Below, piece by piece: positions 43,048 to 58,041 of a stretch of 64,000 nt of DNA; the first letter of the stretch is position 1, and every line of letters starts with the position of its first letter. The notes below the pieces were generated by a model. The model did not search any database, was not told the origin of the DNA, and was given only the letters and a program-made list of their open reading frames with translations. The stretch is taken from positions 806,001 to 870,000 of the forward strand of contig OX597824.1 in assembly GCA_951406725.2 (NCBI GenBank). Reading direction: 5' to 3'. The DNA is from Octopus vulgaris. Lineage: Eukaryota. The translations under genes and the position numbers were made by a program.

Positions 43048-43275
43048 AAGGCGTCGAGCTGGCAAAAACTTTAGCACGCCGGGCGAAATGCTTTGCGGTA
43101 TCTGCCGTTACGTTCTGAGTTCAAATTGCGCCGAGGTCGACTTTGCCTTTCATCTTTTCGGGGTCGATTAAATAAGTACCAGTTACGCACTGGGGCCGAT
43201 ATAATCGACTTAATCCGTTTGTCTATCCTTGTTTGTCCTCTCTGCATTTAGCCCCTTGTGGGTAGTGAAGAAATA
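43048..43275 (+). mobile_element. Full-length tRNA-derived SINE with 16-bp target-site duplication
   Basis: Head AAGGCGTCGAGCTGGCAAAAAC...GAGTTCAAATT and body GAGGTCGACTTTGCCTTTCATC. TSD GGTAAATTAGTAGATT at 43032-43047 and 43276-43291. Confidence 0.92.
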
Positions 43276-44242
43276 GGTAAATTAGTAGATTTGTTAGAGC
43301 GTCCGACCGAGTGCTTCGCGGTATTTGCTCCGAGTCTCAGCGTTCAGAGTTGAAATCGTGCCGGGGTCAACTTTACCTTCCATCTTTTCAGAATGAAAAG
43401 TTCCAATCCAAAGCAGTGGATTGGCGAAACCGTCAACGACGTTGAACCGGATTCCTTGCGGTATTTGTTCCGGCTTTTTGCGTTCAGAGTTCAAATCCCG
43501 CCATGTCTTACTTAAGTGATAGACTTATACCATCACCCGATTTAACATCGCCATCTGGCAGCTTGAGTACTTTAATCGGAGTTCACTCTAATGCAACATT
43601 TGGACCCGGTTCTTACTTTGTACACATGTTCTCATTGGGTCACGGAGGACCTATAACGGTCGTGGCCCCTGTCTTTTCCCTTGACAAACGATAAAACACA
43701 CAAAAAGAAAAATTGAGATTACATAAACCATTAAAACATAAGAATAAAGAATCCTTTTCGAGCCCTATGGATTCATAAGGGTTGGCTTCCCCAGTTTCCG
43801 TGACTTATATGTCTTTCCCATCTGGACAGGACGCAGGCCCGTCGCAAGATTATTCGCTTTCACTTGTTGAGTGAATGGAACATGAAGCGAAGCATTTTGC
43901 TCCGAAACAAAACGCGTCGCCCGATCATACGTCCAACACACGAACCACGTGGCCACACGCATCCACATATATACCGTTAGATCTTCATTTTTAGAAAGAT
44001 AACGTTAAAATAGATGGAGATTTGGTTGCTATTTATAACAATTTAAGCGAACCTTTAGAATCTGTCGCCCTTTGTTGGTTGAATATTCAGAGAAACGTCT
44101 AGAAAATGTTGAAGAAATAATTCCCATTAAAATATTTTCACGGGGAACAGTTTTGGATTTCCTCCATGGGTAATAAATATTAAATAAATGGAAACTTAAT
44201 GATCGCAAACCCACCCCACCACGTTATTTACATGAAATATAA

Positions 44243-45890
<1,648 letters not shown>

Positions 45891-45914
45891 TAGTAACGAT
45901 GGCAACAATATACC

Positions 45915-46290
45915 ACGGCACTCCATCGGTTCCAGTTGATCCAATCAACGGAACAGCCTGCTCGTGAAATTAACGTGCAAGTGGCTGAGCACTTCACAAA
46001 CACGTGTACCCATAACGTAATTCTCTGGGGGATTCAGCGTAACTCAGCGTGTGACAAAGGTAGCCCCTTGAAATACAGGTAGAACAAAAACACGGGTACA
46101 ACAGAAAAACAGTGTGTGAAAGTTGTGATGAAAGAGTACAGCATGGTTCGCCACCACACCTTGCCGGAACCTCGTAGAGCTTTAGGTGTTCATGATCGAT
46201 AAACACTCACAACGCCTGGGCTGGGAATCGAAACCGCGATCCTACGACCGTGAATCCGCTTCCCTAACCACTGTGCCATTGCGCCTTCAC
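45915..46290 (-). mobile_element. SINE with the same tRNA head as 10322-10629 but a different 3' tail
   Basis: Head match at about 46110-46290. Tail ...GCAGGCTGTTCCGTTGATTGGATCAACTGGAACCGATGGAGTGCC. A decayed relative lies at about 42630-42785. Confidence 0.82.
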
Positions 46291-47599
46291 GATAACAGCA
46301 ATAACAATAATTAGATATTGTAAATTTAATAATACCCAAATATTAGTTAGGAATGATATTAATTACTAGTCTGTAGAATTTCTTGCTTAATTAGTGACAT
46401 ATTGGCCAATACAAAATGCAGGTTTTTAATTGAAAAATTAATACAAAAACTAAATGAAATACAAAAAAAAAAAATTATTGGCCATAAAAATCAATAACAA
46501 AGAATTGGTAATAAGAGAGAATAAAAATATATTTAAATCTTTGAATTAACTTAACAAACTATTTTGTTATTCATTTGTTGAATTAATAAGAAAAATGAAA
46601 TTTATTTTCTTTTGTTTAGAAAGCAAAAACGAAAAATACGGATATTAGTAAAGCGGAAAAATATAACAAAAATAATAGAAAAAGGATTTAGTTGTAGGAT
46701 GTAGTTAGCGATTTGGTCACTCACTGTGAATAAAGAATAAGTGTTTTGCCTGAGGGTTGAGTAGCAGAAAAGGTAGAAACCACATCATCGTGTTAAGTGG
46801 GTTACTATAAAGAATTTCGACTCTTTAGTTCTGAAATCAAATTCCTTCTAGGCCGATTTGGCATTTTAGACCTCTCTTTGGATAAAATGCCACTGCAACT
46901 AAAGTCCACCTTATGAAGATGTCTGCCTTAGTGGTTAAGGGTATTGAACTCACTACCATAAGGTCGTGGTTTCGAATACTAGACTGGGCGGTGTGTTGTG
47001 TTCTTAAGTTACTCATATTATTCGAGTCCACTGGATTAGTGTTACCTCTCTGAGTTTCATTCAAGAGAGGCATTGTACTGTTGGCTGCTTATACACCACA
47101 ATAACGGGGACAAGCACCGGCAAGATGATTCTGTAAAGTCGTGGCAGATCTAAAACCCTCTTCCAGAGTTGATAAAATAAGGATCAGTCAATGAATTAAG
47201 TACTCGGATTGGTGTAATAGAATATACTCTATTAAGAGGTGCCCCAGTATGCCCACAGTTCAATGAATGAAATAACCAAAGAATAAAAGAACATATTTGG
47301 ATTTATGTGATCGGTTTATTTCTTCCATTACAAAATCAAATACTGAACTTATGTCTTATCCAGAAGAGATGCCAAGAAATAGTCAAAGTGTAGGGAGAAG
47401 GGGAGTTTGCGATGGTTGAGTCGGGTGGGGTTGCTGCTAAGTAAGAGATGGAGTTTCCGGTGAGAAGGTAGAGAAGTTTCTGGAGAGTAAGATATACGGT
47501 TTCTGGTATGAAGGACGTGGAAGTTCCGAGGAGGAAGATGTAGGGTTTCCTAGATGCGGAAGTTACGGAGAGCCACACGTGGAATTCGTAGTGGGTAAG

Positions 47600-47865
47600 A
47601 TTTGCGTTCCGGTGTGAAACGTAAAAGTTCCGGTGTACAAGATGTAGCGGTTCCGGTGAGCAAGATGTTGCGGTTCCGGTGAGAAAGATGTAGCTGTTCC
47701 GGTGAGCAAGATGTAGCGGTTCTGGTGAGCAAGATGTGGCGGTTCTGGTGAACAAGATGTAGCGGTTCTGGTGAGCAAGATGTAGCGGTTCCGGTGAGCA
47801 AGATGTAGCGGTTCTGGTGAGCATGATATAGAGATTCCAGTGAAGCAAAATATCGGTTTCCCGAT
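47600..47865. repeat. 23-bp minisatellite GGTGAGCAAGATGTAGCGGTTCY
   Basis: About 9 good units at 47630-47825, decaying to either side (remnants back to about 47450). Confidence 0.9.
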
Positions 47866-48161
47866 GTATTGCATTCCGTTTTCGTCGTTAATTAACGTAA
47901 ATTCACTTCTTTTCCACCATTGATGTCACCAATGAGAAAAGAAACCAACCAAAAAAGAAAAACAGGGAAAAACAAAGAAAAACAGATTTTTTTCAGAAGA
48001 GAACAAAATCCCTTCAGTCTTCCTGTTTCTCATTATAAATCTTTTGCCAAGAAATCGTTTTGCGTCGCCGATTCTGAACGTTGGGTAAAATCCGGAATTT
48101 CAAAAAGGAAATGGTAGTGATGGTATACGGCAGCAATTGTTTGTTCACGTCGTCGTCCTCG

Positions 48162-48209
<48 letters not shown>

Positions 48210-48289
48210 CCATCATCTTCCTTATTCATGGTCAATCTTGAGCGACAGAGACCATAGAAACGCATAAAAGATTCGCTAGCAACAGGAAA

Positions 48290-48327
<38 letters not shown>

Positions 48328-48729
48328 ACACTCACACACACGCGCGGGCAAAACCCTGACACAACTTGAAGTGTCATTAAAACAAGTCTTTCTTGCCGTG
48401 CAAAACAAATAAATATGATTGTTATTGGAAGAAGAAATACGATCGTTTTGCGAAAGTTCGTTTCTGATTGGCTGAAAGAGAACTTCCTCATTAATTATGC
48501 AGCGTTTCTACCCAATTCTTTCAAACCAAACACATTCCTCGCTTTCACTGCTTTTCTTTTTTAATGATTTGTTTTGCTTTGTCTTCTCTTTCCTTTGTAG
48601 TCAACATTCCCTTTCTTCTTTTTCTTTCTTTCTTTCTTTCTTTCTTTCTTTTTCTTTCTTTCTTCTCTTCTCTTCTCTTTCTTTCTTTCTTTACTCGCGT
48701 GTTTCTACTTTTTGTACTAATGCGGATGA

Positions 48730-49048
48730 TGATAATGGTGATGGTGATGATGATGATGATGGTTAGTATTGTCATGATGATAATGATGATGATTTTATTG
48801 GTAGTAGTAATAATAATAACGATGGGGATGATGATGACGCCGACGATGCTGATGGTGACGATAATGACGTTGCGAGTAGCGGCGATGATGATGATGATGC
48901 CAAAGAGGACGATGATGATGCCGAAGAGGACGATGGCGATTCGGAACGAAAATATAGATGAAGCCTTTGACACCACGAATAATTGAAGTGTTTTACCATG
49001 GAATAAGAACAGAACCTGCCCTTAACTGGAAGAGTATGAAATTAACAA

Positions 49049-49079
<31 letters not shown>

Positions 49080-49140
49080 GAGAGCAACAACAACAACAAC
49101 AACATCAACAATAATAATAATAATAATAATAATAATAATT
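48730..49140. repeat. Degenerate (GAT)n/(CAG)n/(CAA)n/(TAA)n triplet region
   Basis: Direct inspection. Confidence 0.9.
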
Positions 49141-49336
49141 GTATTCGCCATGAAGCCAGAAAGAGTAAACATTCATTAAAGTGCTTTACTAACCGTATAA
49201 GCAAATGTTGAAAGCGCAGAAACAAATTCTTATGCATAAATACAGACACACACACATAATTCACAAAAAATACTAAGCAATGAACCGGTAATTCATTAGA
49301 TATTACTATCCCTTAATGAGGCTATTTTAACCTCTA

Positions 49337-49374
<38 letters not shown>

Positions 49375-49479
49375 TTGGTAAAAACGGTAAGAAAACAAAA
49401 GAAAGAAAGAGACCTCAATATTATGTAAATAGAGGAATTTATCTGTAAATGTATTATGTGACAATTATTCGGTGGCCAA

Positions 49480-49540
49480 GATAAAACTCTGAGTTTCGGA
49501 TGCCGAGGTCGAATTCCATACCACCATCTCTTCAGTTATC
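49480..49540 (-). ncRNA. Hammerhead ribozyme motif, intact core
   Basis: Reverse strand GAUAA-CUGAAGA-GAUG...CAUC-C-GAAA-CUC-A-GAG-UU-UUAUC. Confidence 0.75.
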
Positions 49541-49670
49541 CGGCCATCGGAAAAACGCTATGAAAATGACCTTGTTTTTCATATATAAGAAATATATGTA
49601 TAAAAATATAAATGAAGTAAAAGTAAAAGGTATAATGAGATAAAAAAACTTGTGCGTTTTCCAATGGCCG

Positions 49671-49727
49671 GATAACTGAAGATATGGTGGCGGGGATTTC
49701 CACCTCGGCATCCGGAACTCAGAGTTT

Positions 49728-49730
<3 letters not shown>
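49671..49730 (+). ncRNA. Inverted partner hammerhead copy with mutated GAAA (GGAA)
   Basis: GAUAA-CUGAAGA-UAUG...CAUC-C-GGAA-CUCAGAG-UU-UUAU, an inverted repeat of 49480-49540. Confidence 0.6.
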
Positions 49731-49798
<68 letters not shown>

Positions 49799-49955
49799 AT
49801 GCATATATGTATATATGTATATGCATATGTATATACACACTCACACATATATATGCATATATATGTTGTTGGAATTTACATAAAGACAAAAGACGAAAAC
49901 AGGTGTATAAACAACAAACAGGTGTATTAGTTTAGCGCTCAGAATGGTGAGAAAG

Positions 49956-49993
49956 TCTTTTACGTTTCGAGCCTACGCTCTTCAACAGAAAGG
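49956..49993 (-). ncRNA. Hammerhead-like motif with A6U core (second copy)
   Basis: Reverse strand CCUUU-CUGUUGA-A-GAGC-GUAG-GCUC-GAAA-CG-UA-AAAGA, within element about 49865-50068. Confidence 0.65.
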
Positions 49994-51035
49994 AATACGA
50001 GGAAATAAACAGAGAGAGAATAAAAAAGAAAGCTTTAGTAGCTAGCGGTCAATCATGGCGATGGCCGTACATATATGTTGTCTATGTATATATGTGTGTG
50101 TTCATATATATTCTATGCATAAGTGTGTATTTATTTGTACATGATTATGTGCGTGTGATAGGGAGAGCGTGTGGCCTTGTAGTTAGTGTGTTGCTCTCAC
50201 AATAACGAGATCGTGGGCTCGATACCCGCAATGTTTTCTGTTTGTGTGCAGTATAAGATTCAAGATCATCAATCAGCTGTTCAGCTGCAAAATCTGAAGC
50301 AAAAACCAGGTTTGAGGTTCTAGTAATCATTATTTCAAATTTGGACCCAAATCGACATGTCAACCTGATCCCTTCAGACTGGATTGTTTTTGTTTTTTAG
50401 GGCTTGATCAATGACAATCGAAGATTTAGTTATCAGCAAAGCTAGTATTTTTCCAGTCATTGAACGTGGACTTGGCCTATAATGTTGCAGTAATTTGGTT
50501 TATAGCTCCAGACAATGCATTCTCCACAGCCTTAGCTTTTTTTCATAGTTTCGTTGCAAATTCTGACCAATCTTTTAGCGTCTTCTTAAGATGAAGGATG
50601 GAAGGAATTACTTGTCAAGTACTCAATATCTCTGGATTTGAGCTAATTCTAAAAAGGCTGTGGGGCTGCGCGAAGAAAATGCAGCTCTTGTCGTTCTGAG
50701 ATAAACTAAAACCCACCGAAGTCAAATTTTCTTTTCATCTTTCGGAGTCAAACAGAAAGGGACCAATCAAGCAGTTGATTGACCCTCCTCCCTTTAAAGT
50801 TGATGGTCTTGTGCTAAAATTAGAATTATTTTTCTCTCTTTGGATATCACTTCAACGATTCAACTTGCAAAGGTTTCTTCCAATATTTCCTGTTTAGTTG
50901 TAAAAGAAATTTTTTGCTTATTCTTTCATGATCAAAATGTTTTCTGACTGATCTAATCAAAACACTGGCATTTAGAGTTGGTTTTCTCGATTTGTATTTA
51001 TATTCACTTCCTCAATGTTTCTCGTCTGCATTCCA

Positions 51036-51417
51036 ATTTGAAGCTTTGAAATAATCCATTCGGACAACGAAGGAGTGATAGGTGGGTGATGGACGTGCAA
51101 GAAATAGCAACCAAATTCCTTCGAAATTTATCTGACCATCTTAAACAAAGCAAATGCATGGAAAGTTAGATGTAATTTCAGATACATTCATTGAATCTGA
51201 ATAAAAGATGGTATGGTAGCGTTTGGAACGCATATGATCAAAGGTCTCTTCAGTCAAAGTTTACCAGGGGTTAAACAACAACAACAGCAATAGTAGCAAT
51301 AACAACCACAACAACAACAATTCTTTAGTTCCAGGTTCTTCTGTAAATGTTTTGTTTTGCGGAAAATGATCATATTTCTAATAGAGATTCGTGTTTGTTA
51401 GGCGAAATATGGTTGAA
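51036..51417 (+). repeat. 382-bp direct duplication, copy 1
   Basis: Near-identical (about 8-10 substitutions by eye) to 54519-54900. Confidence 0.93.
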
Positions 51418-52567
51418 CAATTCTGTGTGAAAACTACCCTCTGTACATCAATGAAGAATCTTCTTTTGTGTCAAGCCATCTTAACTGGAGTATTTGTTCT
51501 TCATATATAATGGAATATCCAAACCTCCTTGAACAGAAATTAATTTGTGACAATTACCTAAAACTGAATTTTGATGACTTTTAATTCAAATTTCCCTACT
51601 TTTAACTAATCATTCGGTCTGGGTTACAAACGCCTTGATGTCACATTCAAATTAAGTTGTCTGTTGACTTTCGGTGAGATGTGCAAGGCTTGTTTATTTT
51701 TCTCCATCCCCTCGTTATTACTCATGTAATATATCTAAAAATTGGATAATTGGAAAATCTTTCTTTTAAAATCATTTCTATTATGTTTCTGATTTCATTC
51801 CTTTTAAATTTAATATAATCTGAATGTATAATACTTCCCACAAAAATTACAAATTTCACAAGATTTGTGATTTTACATCATGTAAACAATTTCCTTTTGA
51901 TTCCTCTTCAATATGTTATTCTTTCTCGGCACCGCATCGACCTCTCAGTTTCCTCTCATAGACTTCCCTCTCAGCAAATATGAAGAACTGTCAGGGACTC
52001 TCTCAGCTGTTCTAGCAATTTTCACTGCTTATTCTTCTTTTGGTTCTGCTTGTTTCAAAATTGTTTCTTCTACATTTTTCATATTTAGTCTGTTTCTGAT
52101 TATTATTTTTAACTGGAATTGTCGAAGCCACCATTTACCAATTCCTTTTCTTTTAAATTCTGTCCCAAAATCTGAAATACTGATCGATTATTTCCATAAA
52201 AAAAAACTATAAACATTTGATCTCAACTTCAGCGAGTTCCTCTCTGCCTAAAAATGGCCAGTCAGCTTTTCATTGGCATTAAAGTGGCAACAATTCTACA
52301 GTTGCAAAGCATCAACTAATTAATAGAAAATATGATCCACCACTCTGCCTCCAGAATGCAGCACGTGGTTTCTTGTGTTGCTATCTATTTGATCAAGGAC
52401 AGACATTCATCACGCACACACGCACGCGAGCATGTATTTATATGTGTATATATGTATATGCACGAACACATATATATGTATATATATATTCAAAATGTGA
52501 CCGCGTGTGTACCGCTGGCGATTTGTTTTCCTCCGTCTTTCCTTCCTTGTATCTTTCCTTTTCCTAT

Positions 52568-52602
52568 GTTTCTGACGAAGAGCTCCGCTCGAAACGTTAA
52601 AT
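52568..52602 (+). ncRNA. Minimal type-I hammerhead ribozyme motif
   Basis: GUUU-CUGACGA-A-GAGC-UCC-GCUC-GAAA-CG-UU-AAAU, inside a ~220-bp element (about 52490-52705) ending in (TA)n. Confidence 0.78.
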
Positions 52603-52700
52603 CTTCATTCTTTCTTTCCTTTCCTGAGCGTCCAATAACATTATACTTGTTCTACGTCCTCGCGTTGTTGTGTTTTCTCTTTGTGTTTTCATGTTTGGAT

Positions 52701-52768
<68 letters not shown>

Positions 52769-53499
52769 TGTTCATTCATACATACACTCATATATACACA
52801 CATATATAAAGATATATCAAGTATATATAGTTCGGTAAAATACAGTAAAACCGAACTAACTGGAAAAAGAGAAGAGCTGAAAACGTTAGAAACCCATAAA
52901 ATAAATGAATGAATAAATAAATAGACAAATATATAAATAAAGAAAGAAAAGAAAAAAGAAAGTGTAAAAGAAGAAAATTGAAAGGTAGAAAAACAAGTCT
53001 CACATCCGGCGATTTCAAACAAGTGTGGGTCACGTAAAAACGTGTTATTTAAGATAATGATTTCAAACAATTTCCTTATTACGTAGAGAGCTAATTTTAG
53101 AATACAATGCTACTCACAATTCCATAAAATGTGTTTTTAGTATCAAAAATTGAGAAGAAAAAACAAGACAGATAAAAAACCTGATTAAAATTAAGACCAA
53201 TAAACGCCCCCAGAGCAAACAATCAGCTACGGAGATTGGCGTAATATAGTTTTCGGTTATCACACGACGAAACATAGTTAAGAAAAGCAAATCTTTCTTC
53301 GATAACAAATATGAAATATTTCAGATGAAGTTCATAAGACAAAAATGCATAAAACTATGTATAATGAAGGCCGAGTGTGTAGAGGAGAATCGATCGTTGC
53401 TCGGAAGAGAGTATGGCTTGGTAATATGTATCATGGTTTCATTAAGTATTTTAGTAATACACAAATCTCGGTCACCACACCCTTGACCCAAGGGACAAC

Positions 53500-53805
53500 A
53501 AGGCAGCGAGCTGGCAGAAACGTTAGCACGCCGGGCGAAATACGTAGCCATATTTCGTCTGCCGTTACGTTCTGAGTTCAAATTGTGCCGAGGTCGACTT
53601 TGCTTTCATCCTTTCAGGGTCGATAAATTAAGTACCAGTTACGCACTGGGGTCGATATAATCGACTTAATCCGTTTGTCTGTCCTTGTTTGTCCCCTTTG
53701 TGTTTAGCCCCTTGTGGATAGTAAAGAAATAAGTATTTCGCCTGCCGCTACGTTCTGAGTTCAAATTCCGCCGAGGTCGACTTTGCCTTGTGGGTAGTAA
53801 AGAAA
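53500..53805 (+). mobile_element. 43048-type SINE plus partial tandem copy
   Basis: AAGGCAGCGAGCTGGCAGAAACGTTAGCACGCCGGGCG...GTAAAGAAATA, followed by a repeated internal segment. Confidence 0.88.
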
Positions 53806-54518
53806 GAGAAGAAATAAAGAACAGCAAGGACGTTAACTCTGGAGGCAGAAAAAACTGCACTCTCAACTGACTGCTTCTCATTACAGCTGGAAAAATGATG
53901 TAGTTTACTGAAGTCCCTGGTAACTGAACCTTCAGCCTTACGACCTGCACCCTTACCCACTCGACCACTCTACTGTATGCAGAGTAGAATACTATTTATT
54001 CTAGAGTTGATGGTTCGTGTTACTCCTGCATTTCAAATGCTGCAATTAGGCACTAAATCTTGCCGTTTATTCAGAAATATTGTGCTTGGGTCTACTTCGT
54101 CCGTTTGGCCACAAATACAATAATAGTAATCTTATGATTTCTGAGAGAATTGCGTGTTATTAATTGCGGGTGTAACCATCCTGTAAAAGACCCCTCGTTG
54201 ACACGTTTCAAATAGGGGCCATATTTAGATAAGCGTGATAGCTTCTGATTTAGACATAAGGCCAGTCGTTTTGACGGGAAGGAGTTAGTCGACACCATCG
54301 ACTGATAATTTATTGTAGACCTCGGGGAGAGGAAAAACAGAGTAAACCTCAACGGGATATGAACTCAGAACAGAAAATGACGAAGCAAATACCACCACGC
54401 AATTTTTCTGACGCTCTACCGATTCTGTCAATTCACTGTCCTGTGTTGAGAGAGATATAATAACATGGGGAAACATTGTTATTCCGCCAATATGGTCAGC
54501 CATTGGCGCCAGTTTCTT

Positions 54519-54900
54519 ATTTGAAGCTTTGAAATAATCCACTCAGACAACGAAGGAGTGATAGGTGGGGGATGGACCTGCAAGAAATAGCAACCAAATT
54601 CCTTCGAAATTTATCTGACCATCTTAAACAAAGCAAATGCATGGAAAGTTAGATGTAGTTTCAGATACATTCATTGAATCTGAATAAAAGATGGTATGGT
54701 AGCGTTTGGAACGCATATGATCAAAGGTCTCTTCAGTCAAAGTTTACCAGGGGTTAAACAACAACAACAGCAATAGTAGCAATAACAACCACAACAACAA
54801 CAATTCTTTAGTTCCAGGTTCTTCTGTAAATGTTTTGTTTTGCGGAAAATGACCATATTTCTAATAGAGATTCGTGTTTGGTAGGCGAAATATGGCTGAA
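54519..54900 (+). repeat. 382-bp direct duplication, copy 2
   Basis: Near-identical to 51036-51417. Confidence 0.93.
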
Positions 54901-55214
54901 GAATTTAGACGCTCGCTTCCCAGCCACGAGATGCGAATCATGCCTCATTCCTTTTCCATTTTCAAAAATCGTAATTTGTTTTAATTTAAGTGATACTTAA
55001 TGGCAAAGATGGTGTCTGCTGCTAGTAATTACAAAGATAAATTAGTTCTGTCGCTAAAATATTTAACGAAAATCACGGTATATTTCCAAGTCGTACTCGC
55101 TTCCGAGCGACGGCGGTTTCTACCCGCTGAATTGCAACTGCAGTTCTATAACTTCATTATACATATGTAAATGCATATGTATAATGAAGTTATTTGATAT
55201 TTAAGATATTTAAG

Positions 55215-56051
55215 CGATGAGGAATTATGTACAGTATTTACATTCGACGGATATTCGTCCTCATCTTCTTGATATACCCTCCAGCATTCTTCAGGTTTTT
55301 TTTTTCGATGTTATTATTGTGTTAGTAGCCCTCGCTCTTAACCACTACCCCATATGCCCGTGGGCAATTATAGAGTGAATTTTAGGGGTTATAAATCTAA
55401 TATTTGCCTGTCCTTCCTTAATACCGGTTTCCATATGCTACTCATATCTGCACTCGGTCTGCTTAGGAGGTTATTGTGTCCTAGTATATGTGCTGCTTCT
55501 TCTAGTTTTCGTATTTTCCAGTGGTGTCTTTGTCTATTATTTTAACTTCATCCCACAAGGGGAAGGTGGTCTCCATTTTTCCATACGTGATCAGCTATGC
55601 CCGATTTATCAATATCTCCTCGTGTCACAGCTTTGCGATGTTCGTCTACTCTTATTTTAAGGGGGAGGCACGTTTCGGCTTTGTATGACCTACCATAGAT
55701 GCTTGGGATGGAGTACACGCAGTCTTTGGTCATATTCTCTCCTGTTGGTGAGTTTACTCGAAATATTTACTTCGCAAATATCTCCTTCACCACTGGAAAA
55801 TACGAAAACTAAAAGACGCAGCACATATGCTTAGGACACAACAACCTCCTAAGCAGACCGAGTGCAGATATGAGCAGCATATGGGAACCGGTATTAAGGA
55901 AGAATAGGAGAATATTAGATATATAAGCTCTAAAATCCACTCCATAATTGCCCATATGGCGTAGTGGTTAAGAGCGCGGGTTACTAACCCCAAGATTCCT
56001 AGTTCGATTCCAAGCAGTGACCTGAACAACAACACCAATAATAATAATAAC

Positions 56052-56096
<45 letters not shown>

Positions 56097-56225
56097 AACA
56101 TCGAAAAAAAAAACGTTAGGAATGAGAACACAGGTTCGAAATTTCCCCAAGACACCTGAAGAAAGCCGAAACGATGTATTAGCAACAAACAAGATGACAA
56201 AATATCCGTCGAATGTAAATAATAT
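55215..56225. mobile_element. Penelope-like element 3' region (GIY-YIG endonuclease plus 3' repeat) in inverted arrangement
   Basis: Minus ORF 55548-55733 reads CVYSIPS..GRSYKAET.LPLKIRVDEH...SGIADHVW. About 55790-56225 (+) is an inverted copy of about 55215-55525 (-), encoding HWKIRKLK.AAHML. Confidence 0.88.
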
Positions 56226-56302
56226 CCAAGAAAGCATTTGTCTTTCTAACTGCATTTTGCATCGTGTGAACAGCAAAACTATTTTCCCAATTGCGGAGCG
56301 AT

Positions 56303-56340
<38 letters not shown>

Positions 56341-56728
56341 TACTGCTTACAACGAGCGACTATTTTTCCAAAGTCATTTTCGAACGTTTAGCGTTTCGCT
56401 AATTCAAACGTAATCCAAACACAGAGTGAAATATGGAGATGCGTCAGCTGGGCAGAACAGGGGAAGTGACGAGTGTTTGATAACACGTGTTTGTTAATTG
56501 AGGCTAAAAGAAACCACTCTCTGTCCTGTTTTGTCTCTCAGAATGTCCTACAGCTAATTCATCTACTGTTACTATGTGATTCTCAACATCAAAATGGAAG
56601 ATAAAATGTATTCTGTTCGTGACATCTAATTTAATAGCGAGAAAAATTATCGAAAAATTTCGGTTATACATTCAACCGCACAAAACTCCCCTCACACATA
56701 GACACGCATACACAAAACATGCACACAA

Positions 56729-56773
<45 letters not shown>

Positions 56774-57461
56774 CATGCACACAAGACATACACACACACA
56801 CACACCTGGTAATAAACGATATAAATGTTGGTTGGTTGCCTGATTCTCCAATTAGGCAATACGTCGTATAGTGACAGAGGGAGAGAAGAAAAGAGAGATA
56901 CAGAGAGAGGAGAAAAGAAGGAAGGAGAGAGAAAAAGAAAGAGAAAAGGAGGGAGGGTTAGCATAAGAGGAGCAGAATGAGCGTTTCATAATTTTCTAAA
57001 AAATAACTATTTTTTAAGGAAAGTTTCAGAGATAAGTCTTCGATGGGGGACATTACTGTATTATGTTGAAAGCATGCAGAAAAATAATACAGATGTATTG
57101 TAAATATAAAAATAAGAAATTTGTAGGAGATAATCTTATGTTAAGGTAGTAATTATTTTCTTATGGAGATTGTTATCCATTTCATCATTTTGTATAAGTA
57201 TGAAGGAATTTGATAAAAAAAAAGGTCAAATTGTAATTATTGTATGTCTGCCGCATTTCCTGATATGGCCCATGGTGGCAATTTATCTTTCCAAAGTTAT
57301 CTGGTCATATGATAGGTAAGACTCTAGTATATGTATATATATGTATATGTATGCATATATATGTGTATATATATGTATATATGTATGTATGTATATATAT
57401 GTGTATATATATGTATATGAATATGTATGCATATATATGTATATGTATATATGTACATGAA

Positions 57462-57501
<40 letters not shown>

Positions 57502-57576
57502 CATATGTATATATAAATGTGTATTCGCCACGATAGATCGCTAGCCACTACACATTCTTTATTTTCTCTCCTTGTT

Positions 57577-57614
57577 TCTTTCTGTGGAAGAGCGTAGGCT
57601 CGAAACGTTAAAGA
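57577..57614 (+). ncRNA. Hammerhead-like motif with A6U core (third copy)
   Basis: UCUUU-CUGUGGA-A-GAGC-GUAG-GCUC-GAAA-CG-UU-AAAGA, within element about 57525-57704. Confidence 0.62.
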
Positions 57615-57701
57615 CTTTTTCAATTACCGAGCGTTATACTAATACATCTGTTTTTTTATCTACACCACCTGTCGACGTTTTATGTTTCTTTGTGAATTCT
57701 C

Positions 57702-57763
<62 letters not shown>

Positions 57764-57765
<2 letters not shown>

Positions 57766-58009
57766 AAGCGCAATGGCCCAGTGGTTAGGGCAGTGATTCC
57801 CAGACCGGGCGTTGTGAGTATTTATTGAGCGAAAACATCTAAAAGCTCCACGAGGCTCCGACAGGGGGTGGTGATCCCTGCTGTACTCTTTCACCACTCT
57901 TTCTTCTGTTGGCCTGCTTGCTTAGCCAGCGGGTGGCATCATTCGAAGGCTAAAACAATGCGAACGATGTGTAACTACATCTGATGGACTGGTCGGTCAC
58001 GTGATCACG

Positions 58010-58012
<3 letters not shown>
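57764..58012 (+). mobile_element. Same SINE family as 10322-10629, internally deleted
   Basis: Same head and CACGTGATCACGTGA tail, between (TA)n tracts. Confidence 0.85.

Positions 58013-58041
<29 letters not shown>

Noticed and set aside
47336-47874. Repetitive ORFs SPEPLHLAHRNRYILLTRTATSC
   Set aside because: The 23-bp unit is not a multiple of three and all three frames cycle through the same peptide.
51036-54900. LTR retrotransposon bounded by the 382-bp repeats
   Set aside because: No TG...CA termini, PBS, PPT or gag/pol remnants recognised.
55148-55193. loxP-like site (ATAACTTC...GAAGTTAT)
   Set aside because: Only the outer 8 bp match, and arm and spacer lengths (20/6) differ from loxP (13/8).
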